Shown here piece after piece: positions 26,401-38,400 of a stretch of DNA of 64,000 nucleotides (positions are counted from its first letter, which is position 1; each line of letters begins with the position of its first letter). Source of the stretch: Lytechinus pictus (taxonomy: Eukaryota); the NCBI RefSeq assembly GCF_037042905.1, contig NC_087248.1, positions 16,368,001 through 16,432,000 of the forward strand, given 5' to 3'. The position numbers were made by a program, and so were the translations under genes. A model generated the notes under the pieces. That model saw nothing but the letters and a program-made list of their open reading frames with translations, made no database searches and was not told where the DNA came from.

Positions 26401-29400
26401 CAGAAGACGTAGCGACCGAGGGTAGACCATTTATGGTTCAGAAGGCTGACGACTAGGGGATGGGTGAGGAGGTCGGTTCGCTCTGATTTCACCTAAAATG
26501 AAACAAGTCAACTGTAAGTAACGACCATGAAAGACCCGTCTTTAAGAATACAAGTAATGGATATACTGGTGGTTTATAGAATGTATAGAAAGATATGGGT
26601 TTTAACTTGAGTCAAAGTTATGTTTTTCCATACACGTATCGTAATTCTTAGCGTGCTACATGAAATAAAAAGTAAATCCAAAATAAAGATCCGCAAAGAT
26701 ACATCTATTATATATTTAAGAAGGCATCTTATACATGTAAGTGTTACTTACCATGGCAATCAGGGGATGATTTTTCACCATCCTTGCAGAGCTACTTGAA
26801 TAAGGTCTCATTTTGGCTCTCAAATGACCGTCATCGTCGTACGCCGTCATTATCGGAACTTCTTCTTGTTCATCATGTAACTCTTTGTAGCTGCCTATGC
26901 CCTCTGGCTTCTGAGCTTCGATGTCGCCTTCATCAACATTTAATCCGCCGTTGATCTTACCACTGTCATCCGGCTGGTCGGTGAATGACGTCTCCTTCTC
27001 AACAGCACCTTCGTCATCATCAGCTTGATTTTCGTCGATGACTTGGTTATCGCCATGCTCTGATTCACCATGTTGTGTTTCGCCGTCTTCCTCCTGTGTT
27101 TCACCCTCTTGCAGGGTGTCTGTCTCAACGTTGGCGGGCGTAGATTGTGTTTCGGTTAATGGTGTTTCGTCCTCTATGCTGTCGTTATTGTTGTTTGTGT
27201 TAGGCATATTTTTATCTGTCAGGAAGAGATAAGAAATATATGGGGGAAATGAAATAGAAATTTAACGAATCATAGCTCTGTAACGATATCGAATCCGGAT
27301 GGACAGATAATTTAGTGTCTGCTTACCATTTTCAGTGCATATTAGATTGTGAAATCCAACATTAATAAACATTGATAACATAACAAATTGAAACGATAGA
27401 AAGAGATTGAAATACATATCGATGTATAGATATTTGATAGATAGATAGCTAGATAAAGAGAGAACAAAAGAGAGAGTGTGAGAGAGACAGAGCATTAGTG
27501 AGAGGGGGGATAGAGGGAGGGGAGAGGGGAAAGGGAGGGGAAGAGGGAGAGGGAGGGGAGGGGAATAGTGATGATCACTCACTGTTATTTCCCCAGAGTG
27601 AGAACGAGTCCTCCATGAATTCGTAGTAAAATTCAATCCAGAATTCTTCATCTTTACGGTCAGCATATGGAGAGACTTCAATACACTTGTCCATTACAGC
27701 TTGAGCTACATCTGAAAAGATAAATGATGAATAAGATGGAGAATCTTTAAAATAAACATGATGGGAGAGTAATCTCGAACTTTTCCTAATCACAGTATTT
27801 CCAAACATTTTAATTCAGTTAAGAATAATGACTTTTTATTACTTCTTTCATTCTGTCGACAAAAAGAAATCGACATAATTCTTGTGATGGTCCACTTACG
27901 GTACCCGTGGGGAAGGGCATTTCTTGAAAGGACTTGTCAGATGTTTCATCCAACCATGTTTCGTTTTTACCATAGACACTGTTATTCTCAGTCAATCAAA
28001 CTCAAGGAAGGAAAGTTGTGAGATCTGGCATCTGACATGTTCTTTCATGTCTCATAACTTTATTTCTTTCCTCTCTTCTAACCCTCTACTTTTCTCCCTC
28101 TTTCGCCATGTTGTCTCTTCATTTACCACTACCTAAAAGTCGAAGGGAGCGTTCGTCCCCTGCTTCCTCGAGCCACCACCCATGAATGGTGTCATGTTTT
28201 CTTACCTGGCATTTTCTCGATGAGTTTCTTCATTGGGGTTGACCTGTCTTTATGATACTCATCCCACGAGCTTGATGACATTATCTGTTTCCAGTCGCGA
28301 TGACTTAGCAAATAGTATGCTACGTTCCTTTAACACAAACGGAAACGCGGTATAAGTAAACCAGCTATGAATGATTATATTCGAGCGGAAATGCGGGTGA
28401 CCATATTCAATGATTAATTCTCTTAATGTTTTTAGTATCATCGAAAAATTATGAACCCACTGACTTGCTCTCGAAACACACATCAGCGTAGATTACATAA
28501 GTTCTGCTTTAAACAAAACTAAGCACAATCTACAAAACAATGAAGGCAGGAGGTTAGAATATGAAATTTACGATTCCCATTTAAGTATTTAAGTATCTTA
28601 AAACCTATATTTTGGTGATTAATCTATGGATTAACGAGGTATGTAGACTTATAAAAGGTAAAAAAAGAAGTACTGATTCATTTTGAGAGGGTTATAACAG
28701 TGGTAGCGGGAACGGAGATAATTTGACGGGAAAAATAGGGTGACGAAAAACTGGATGATGGAAAGCTGGAAGGCAGAAAAATGTGACGAATAGGAGGGGA
28801 TATGAAACCAATTTGGCATCAAAATAAACAGATGACTAAAGGGATGTCAAACCAGTAAATGGGTGAAGAGAAAGAGAGTGACTACCCTTATGGCGTAACG
28901 GGGTGGACAACATAGACTGACTGACTAATAACAGCTTCAGAATAAATTTCACGAAAGGTGGGATGGCAAACCATATGGTTTATCGGCAATGGTGGTGAAG
29001 AGGACCGGAATGACTTGTAATAAAACATGATAACTGACTGACGAAGGAGGGGGGGGGGGGGGGGACCGGACAAACTGATCAATTGGGTGATGAAAAAGTG
29101 GATGAAAAATTACGATGTCAGAACAAATGTGACGAAAATGGGGATGGCAAACCATATGGCATAAGAAAATTAGGGTGACAAAAAGGGATGGCAAACATAG
29201 GGGTGACGAATAGGGATGGCCAACATAGGGGTGATGGAAATGGATGGCCAACATAGGGGTGACGAAAAAGGGATGACCAACATATGGGTGACGAAATAAG
29301 ATGACGAAAACAGGGATGATAAATAAGGGATGACGAAGCAAGGGGTGACAAATAGGGATGGCCAACATACGGGTGACGAATAGGGATGGCCAACATAGGG

Positions 29401-32400
29401 GTGACGAATAGGGATGACCAACATAGGGGTGACGAAAAGGGATGACCATCACAGGGGTGAAGAAAAGGGGTGACCAACATATTTCGCCACCCCTATGTTG
29501 GCCATCCCTTTTCGCCACCCCTATTTTGGTCATCCCTTTTTCATCACCATAAGGGTGCCGAAAAGGGATGACCAACATTGGGGTGACGGAAAGGGGTGAC
29601 GAAAAAGGGATGACCAACTTAGGGTGATGAAAAGAGATGGCCAAACATAGGAGTGACGAAAAGTGATAACTTACAAAGGGGTGACGAAAAGGGGTGACGA
29701 AAAAGGGATGACCAACATATGGGTGACGAAATAGGATTGCGAACATGGGGTTGACGAAAAGTGATGACCAACATAGCGGTGACGAATAGGGATGGCCAAC
29801 ATACGGGTGACGAAAAGGGATGACTAACATAGGGGTGACGAAAAGTGATAAAATACAAAGAAGTGACGAAAAGGGATGATGAAAAAAGATGACAAACATA
29901 GGGTGACGAAAAAGGGATGACCAACATATGGGTGACAAAATAAGATGACGAAAATAGGGTTGATGAATAAGGGATGACAAAGAAGGGGTGACAAATAGGA
30001 ATGGCCAACATACGGGTGACGAATCGGGATGGCCAACATAGGGGTGATGAATTTGGATCGCCAACATAGGGGTGACAAAAAAGGGTTGACCAACATATGG
30101 GTGACGAAAAAGGGATGACCAAAACAGGGGTGAAGAAAAGGGGTGACCAACGTAGGGGTGGCGAATAGGGGTGACCAAAATAGGGGTGACCAAAAAGGGT
30201 GACCAACATAGGGGTGACGAAAAAGGGATGACCAACACAGGGGTGAAGAAAAGGGGTGACCAACATAGGGGTGGCGACTAGGGGTGACGAAAAAGGGATG
30301 ACCAACTTAGGGTGACGAAAAAGGGATGACCAACATATGGGTGACAAAATAAGATGACGAAAATAGGGTTGATGAATAAGGGATGACAAAGAAGGGGTGA
30401 CAAATAGGAATGGCCAACATACGGGTGACGAATCGGGATGGCCAACATAGGGGTGATGAAGTTGGATCGCCAACGTAGGGGTGACAAAAACGGGTTGACC
30501 AACATATGTGTGACGAAAAAGGGATGACCAAAACAGGGGTGAAGAAAAGGGTGACCAACGTAGGGGCGGCGAATAGGGGTGACCAAAATAGGGGTGACGA
30601 AAAAGGGTGACCAACATAGGGGTGACGAAAAAGGGATGACCAACACAGGGGTGAAGAAAAGGGGTGACCAACATTGGGGTGACGGAAAGGGGTGACGAAA
30701 AAGGGATGACCAACTTAGGGTGATGAAAAGAGATGGCCAAACATAGGAGTGACGAAAAGTGATAACTTACAAAGGGGTGACGAAAAGGGGTGACGAAAAA
30801 GCGATGACCAACATATGGGTGACGAAATAGGATTGCGAACATGGGGTTGACGAAAAGTGATGACCAACATAGCGGTGACGAATAGGGATGGCCAACATAC
30901 GGGTGACGAAAAGGGATGACTAACATAGGGGTGACGAAAAGTGATAAAATACAAAGAAGTGACGAAAAGAGATGATGACAAAGGATGACAAACATAGGGT
31001 GACGAAAAAGGGATGACCAACATATGGGTGACAAAATAAGATGACGAAAATAGGGTTGATGAATAAGGGATGACAAAGAAGGGGTGACAAATAGGAATGG
31101 CCAACATACGGGTGACGAATCGGGATGGCCAACATAGGGGTGATGAATTTGGATCGCCAACATAGGGGTGACAAAAAAGGGTTGACCAACATATGGGTGA
31201 CGAAAAAGGGATGACCAAAACAGGGGTGAAGAAAAGGGGTGACCAACGTAGGGGTGGCGAATAGGGGTGACCAAAATAGGGGTGACGAAAAAGGGTGACC
31301 AACATAGGGGTGACGAAAAAGGGATAACCAACACAGGGGTGAAGAAAAGGGGTGACCAACATAGGGGTGGCGACTAGGGGTGACCAACATAGGGGAGACG
31401 AAAAAGGGATGACCAAAATAAGGGTGACGAAAAGGGATGACCAACGTTGGGGTGACGAAAAGGGGTGACCAACACAGGGATGATGAAAAATGGATGACCA
31501 ACTTAGGGTTGACGAAAAGGGATTGCCAACATAGGGGTGACAAAAAAGGGATGACCAATATAGGGGTGACGAATGGGGATGACCAACACAGGGGTGACGA
31601 AAAAGGGATTACCAACATAGGGGTGACGAATAGAGATGACGAATCTAGGGGTGACGAAATCATAATACCAACAAGTTATAGGGTGAGGAAAAGTTAATGT
31701 CAGAAGACACTTGCGACAAATTAAGAGAGTGGTAGAAAAGAGGAGTGAGAACAGATAACTTTATATAAATCATAGACGGTGTAATTGCAATGTAAGCTTA
31801 GAAAACAAAAACAAAATGAGATGATTTATTTTAAGTCATCATAAGACGGAAACGGTTTTAGAAAATACTGATGACAGGGAATAGGAATGACAAAAATGTT
31901 GATACATGAGGATAAATTGGGAGTTAGAAATAAAGGGAGAGGGGTAAGAACAATAATAAATCCCCACGGGGGTCAGTTTATTGCTGAGTGGGCTACTCTG
32001 GTTAAATATATTTGAAATTAGTGCTAAAACACATGGGTTACAAAGTAGGAACAGGAAATTTAAGTTTGTTTTTTAAAGCGAAATATCGACTTAAGGTATT
32101 CAGAATGGACGTACTCATTTCCACCATCAGTGGCGTATTCCATACTATTTCGACCTCGATGATCACGACTCAACAGGTCGACATCATGTTCGACGAGTTG
32201 TTTTAAGGCATCAAGATGACCGCCAATACACGCCAAATGGAGCGGGGTGACCTGGAATCGGTTGCGTCAAAAAAGTTAAAGAAAGAAAAAAGAAGGAGAG
32301 AAAAAAGGAATGACAATTCATCGACAATCATAAGAAGCGAAATGAAAATACCGTCGTTTGATATAAATTTGAATTATTTTCTTTGAAATAATTCAATTAG

Positions 32401-35400
32401 AAATTGTTATATATCCACAGTGAAGGTTCCAGTTTTTTAAAATGAAATCTATGCTTCATCTTAACATTAACATCAATTAACTAAAAAAAAAAAACATGGA
32501 TGTGTGTAGGAGCATTGTTAGGGCCAAGTCTTAGCTTACCCCATGTTTGTCGGGAAAATTGATATCGGCCCCAGCCTTGATCAGCGATCGAACTGGCTCG
32601 GTGAATCCGTTCATGGCAGCCAAATGAAGAGCTGTTCTTTCATGTGCCATCTTGCTGGATCTAAATGGTATGAATTATACATGAAATAAAAAAAATGAAG
32701 TGACGAATAAAGCTCAGTATTATTAATCATCGATAAAAAAGTATTGAGAATGAAAGAATTAGACGTAAAGACAGGCAAGGATTGACAAAGGGGAAAAAGA
32801 TGGAAAGTGATAAAGAGGCTTAGTGACAAAACCGAGAGTTTAAACGTGGGGGGTGAGAAACAAGAGAAGAAAGGCGAAGGAATGACAAGGTAAAAGGGAG
32901 AGGAAAAGAGAACGAGAGACAAGGTAAACTTTGAGAGAACGTTAAAAAATGTAAGAAAAGAAAAGTAAAATTTTGTGATAAGAAAAATAATTTGGTGAGT
33001 ATTATGAGCCTTTGAAAAGACTACTGATCTTATTAATATATTTTTTTTTCAGGGCGGCTTTTACATTCCACAAAATATTTCAACGTGATATCATTGATGT
33101 TAAAGTCACCTGGTATTATCCGTGACATCGTCGGCATTGATGTGGTTGTTGTAACCCACTTTGACGGGGTCAATGGTTGTGGCATTTACCGATGCGCTAG
33201 CTTTGGTAAGCTCCTGGACCACGCCATCGTGGCCGTGCTCAGCGGCGTGATGGAGCGGTGTCTTTCCGTCATCGTCGTAGAAATCGACAACCTCTGGTTT
33301 CCAGCGAATCAAAACCCCGAGCGTCCTCGATTTTGTGTAATAATACGGATAATGATTTAATTAATTATTTGTTTGTTTGTTTATTTATGCGAATATCTAT
33401 GGTGTTTATATAAATGTATATTAATTGAATTGTTGTGCAGTATAATCTATGTAAATAATGTATGTATATTTTGTAAGGCCAACAGAGTGAATTTCCATTG
33501 AGGACAATAAATTAATGAATCTGAATTAGGCATTGACGTAACTGGTTGGATTTAACCAAATAAAACAGATGACGTTTCCTAGTTAATGATCAATATTAAC
33601 TTTTTATTGAAGAATATCAACGATCAGTTTAATAGGATGTGCATTTTTTACTTTCTTTGACAGTGTTTAAAGACCATAGTGAGCTCTGATCACTCCAAAG
33701 TTACCAAAGTGTGATATTCAATATAATCAATTATTCATTTCACATTGAAATAGTTCATTGTTCATGTACATAATAAAGGCCTCCTTTCGGATTTACAGAA
33801 GTTTCAACCTTGTAAATACTTAAAAAGCTCTTACTCAGTATGTCCATTCATTGCAGCATGTCTCATGTACTTCTTGATATCGTCATCACTGACGTCATTT
33901 AGCTTCGACTTGTACCTCAAAAGAAGCTGTAAAATAAAAACATAGTGTGAGAATGAGTAGAGTGACTCTAAAGACTAAGTTTTAATCCAATAAATCTTTC
34001 TTCTACGTTATACGTATTTTTTGTGTGTACCATTCCNNNNNNNNNNNNNNNNNNNNNNNNNNNNNNNNNNNNNNNNNNNNNNNNNNNNNNNNNNNNNNNN
34101 NNNNNNNNNNNNNNNNNNNNNNNNNNNNNNNNNNNNNNNNNNNNNNNNNNNNNNNNNNNNNNNNNNNNNNNNNNNNNNNNNNNNNNNNNNNNNNNNNNNN
34201 NNNNNNNNNNNTCTACTCCTCTTCATTCTTCTTCTTCTTCTCCTCTTCCTTCTTCTTCTTCTGCTCTTCCTTCTTCTTCTTCTGCTCTTCCTTCTTCTTC
34301 TTCTTCTTCTTCTTCTTCTTCTTCTTCCTCCCTCCTCCTCCTCCTCCTCCCATCTCAACATATAATTTTCCTGTCTATTTATACCTTCAATACTTTGGCT
34401 CTGTCTTCAATAACCACCCATTCAATAAATTCAGCCAATGATTCCTCCTTCTCTTCGCTGATTGGTTGGGCAACCGGTTCAGGGACTTGTTCGACGTTGA
34501 ATGTAGCAATGCTGGTCTTATCATCCACCACGTCAGGCGTGGTGGGCTCATGCTGCTCAACCACGGGATCGACTCCACCATCTTCGTCGACATCAATACC
34601 TTGGTTTTCTTCGACATCATCTACCATTTCGTCTGCTGCCATTGATTCGTCTTTGTCGATCCCTCCCTGAACTGTACTGCTGTCTCCATTGACGTCGTCG
34701 TTTGCTTGATCAGTGATATCCATAAGCGATCCATCGATTCCGTCTCTTTCGTCTTCTCGGTCATCATGCCCGCCATCAATCACAGTCACATCGTCCTCTT
34801 CCTCGATGACATTGAGTTCGTTCCCATCTGCAAACCCAGTCGATGACTTTCCACCCTCACTGACAATGGTCACCGTGTCGTGGTTGTCTTTGGTGGACGA
34901 TTTTGTTAAGCCTTTACTGTTGTAATAGCGGTCTAGAAGAGCGATGATGACGTCAAAACTCTCTGCATTTGCTGCCAAGTGGAGAGGGGTATGGTAGTCG
35001 ACGTCGGTCTTTTCAAGGTTAGCCTTCCTGGTAATGCAAAAAAAACATTTATAGAAGTTATTGTTTTCAAATTGAAACGTTCAGATACACCATATATTTC
35101 AACAAAATATTCTGTAATATTCCTAAGAAAAAACTTGTTAGCCTTTGATAGGTTTCTTATAATTACTAGCTTGCTCCGGCATAGTTATCAATATTATCAT
35201 ACTGTGATGTCTTTTTTGCTAATAATTTTATAATATCGTTGATGTAGAATTGAATAAGTTTGTAATAATCTCGTTTTTCCTGTAACACATACTCTTAAAA
35301 ATACATAAAAAGCTTACATAAAACAGAAAAAAGGACAAGAATTTTTTTTTCTGTTTATCCCTGGCGAATACAGTAAATAACAATGCTCAGTAATTAAAAA

Positions 35401-38400
35401 AAAAATCATATCAATCTTTCGTCGTCCTCACTTTTCCACTAGGTATTCCACGACGGCTCTTTGATTGGCAATGCACGATAGATGCAATGGTGTACGAAGA
35501 TCCCAATTTGAACTGTCTATTTTCGCACCTCTTTGGACCAGGAGCTCCACTAGATCAACGTGCCCGTTCGAAGAAGCGATATGGAGAAGAGAATCATCGT
35601 TCTCACCGCGGAGGTCGAGCACATTGTCGCGGTCATCGTGGGCTCCATTTCCAAAGTAGTGTTTCTCGATCTCATCGTGTGTTTCTACTTTACGAGCTTA
35701 TATAAAATGAAAACATGAATTGATATGCTTTTAGACTATTAACATGTAACAGAAATTCATCACCACCACAACCATCATCATCATCATAATCTTCGTCATC
35801 ATCATCATCATCATCATCAATATCATCATCTTATTTCTCATAGCACACATGGATTAATACGCATACGTAATTAAAAACTTGGAATGTAGATCCAATTTAT
35901 GTTTTATGATATGTTTTCAGTTCGAGAGTGACAGACTCGTTAGATCACTCACGTTCATCAAGACATTTCCTGATGAGGTCTGTATGGCCCACTCTTGCAG
36001 CTTCGTGAATGGGAGCTACCCAGTTCCAATTAGGCTCGGTCACCAACTACGGAGAGAGAGAAAAAAGAGACATAAGGAGGGAGAGAGCAATAAAGAGAGG
36101 GAGGGGGAGAGAGCAATAAAGAGAGGGAGGGGGAGAGGGGGCGAGAGAGAGAGAAGGGGGCGGGGACTTGGGAGGTAGAGAGAATAGGAATGGGAGAATA
36201 TTTATAATTACATGCCGTATATCATTGATTTTATTGCAAAGTCACAAATAAATATGAAACAAACAATGCATCTTGGATTCCTCAATGTTCAGTGACATTA
36301 AACACATTGCCAGATTCCACTTCAACAGAATATCTGAAAATACCTTCTCCACACTTAAAAATAATCTTATGGTCTAATGAATTAGAGTGAGATATGAATA
36401 TAGAAGATGATTTAGGTAAAAAAGAACACGAAGGTCTATTCTTGCCCACTGATCTCACCTCTATCAGATGTCCTTTAGCCTTAGCTCTATCAATCATCCT
36501 ATCTGCGACGATTCTGTTTCCTTTTCTCAGAGCGATGTGGAGGGGTGTGTCGAAGTTCTCGTCCCAAACTGTCAGATCCGCCTTGTGCTTGATGAGCTTG
36601 AGGGCGATGTCAGTCTGGTTGTTCTCGCAAGCGATGATCAGGGGCGTCCGATGGCGACGATCTTCGGCCTGTATAAGCATGATTAGGTGATCGATTACGG
36701 ATGAAAATAGTTCATCCAAAGCCATACGATATTTGCAAGAACGTTACGCACAAATGGAAATCTGAATTGTATTATTGATGTCATAAGCATCTTCTGATAA
36801 AGTGCTAGTGAAAACACATTGCACATTAAAAAAAAAACCTTAATAAAGAAAGTATCAGTTTACATTATGTTTTCTTTATTTGGTATCTTTTCCCCAAGTG
36901 GTTTTTAATATCTCAATTAAAATATGATAACCTTTAAAACACACAATGGACTTCAAAATTTCGCTTATGTAATAAGAAATTAAGGATCTGGGTCAGACAA
37001 ACGGCTAAAAACCTGGAACTACTGGAGTTTGAGAGTTGGATCTCAACTAAAATATATCTTCATAATCCCTTTCTAGTAATGAACGAAATGGGTGACTTAT
37101 GATGCATGCCTTGATTAAAAACCCAAAGTGATTCACATCATTAGAAACCCTTACTCTGTTTGTAATATTGCAATCGTATTGCAGATGTGTTGCAGATGTA
37201 ACCCATCATGCACAATATTTTGCTTCTTGGTATTTACGCCTTCTTCTGTCAAGAAACCTGGTAAATATTTATATAATTTTCATTATGAATGGATTTTGTT
37301 TGAAGTTGTGTGAAAATGGAATAAAATAAATGTTTATATGAATGAAAAGGATGAGATTGGTAGTAATGTATCATGCTTTCTTACATTTATGTCGATGTCT
37401 TTTCTGGAGAGAAGTTCTCTGACACCCTCTACGTTGCCATTAATCACAGCTTGATGAAGTGGAGTGAGACCCTGGGAGTTCCTCACATTGATGTTTGATC
37501 TCTTCTTTCGGAAAGGAGGGTTCAGCTTAGGTTTCACGTTCTAAAAGAAATACAAAATTGATAGAATTCAGATTGGACTAGGGTTAAACCCCGGGGTAGC
37601 TGTCCACCACCCCCAATCAGTTACATCGAGAGCTGTTGGTCATGTGTTTTTATGCATGTGCCGTGGCCGAGTGGTCTAAGGGGCCTGGCTATACATAGAA
37701 AGTCCGGGGTTCGATTCCCGGCCGCGACACCTTTGCCCGTGAGCAAGGAATTTTATCTACAATGCTCTTTCATCCTGCTTTCAAATAAATGGAAATGCTA
37801 TATGCATTATTGGTAACTAGGTGTGCTCTTGTTAAAGTTCTCTGACACCCTCTACGTTGCCATTGATCACAGCTTGATGAAGTGGAGTGAGACCCTGGGA
37901 GTTCCTCACATTGATGTTTGATCTCTTCTTTCGGAAAAGAGGGTTCAGCTTAGGTTTCACGTTCTAAAAGAAATACAAAATTGATAGAATTCAGATTGGA
38001 CTAGGGTTAAACCCCGGGGTAGCTGTCCACCACCCCCAATCAGTTACATCGAGAGCTGTTGGTCATGTGTTTTTATGCATGTGCCGTGGCCGAGTGGTCT
38101 AAGGGGCCTGGCTATACATAGAAAGTCCGGGGTTCGATTCCCGGCCGCGACACCTTTGCCCGTGAGCAAGGAATTTTATCTACAATGCTCTTTCATCCTG
38201 CTTTCAAATAAATGGAAATGCTATATGCATTATTGGTAACTAGGTGTGCTCTTGTTAAAGTTCTCTGACACCCTCTACGTTGCCATTGATCACAGCTTGA
38301 TGAAGTGGAGTGAGACCCTGGGAGTTCCTCACATTGATGTTTGATCTCTTCTTTCGGAAAGGAGGGTTCAGCTTAGGTTTCACGTTCTAAAAGAAATACA

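Noticed and set aside
28949-31663. Long minus-strand ORFs (up to 571 aa, rich in HPYVGHP/SSPLCW/FVTPML)
   Set aside because: They are open in all three frames because the C/T-rich strand of the minisatellite seldom contains stops. They lie within TRPA intron 10, whose flanking exons join in phase without them.
37155-37257. Exon-like stretch in TRPA intron 2
   Set aside because: Phase is incompatible. DIDIN|AEDRRHRTPL joins exons 2 and 3 into a perfect ankyrin repeat.
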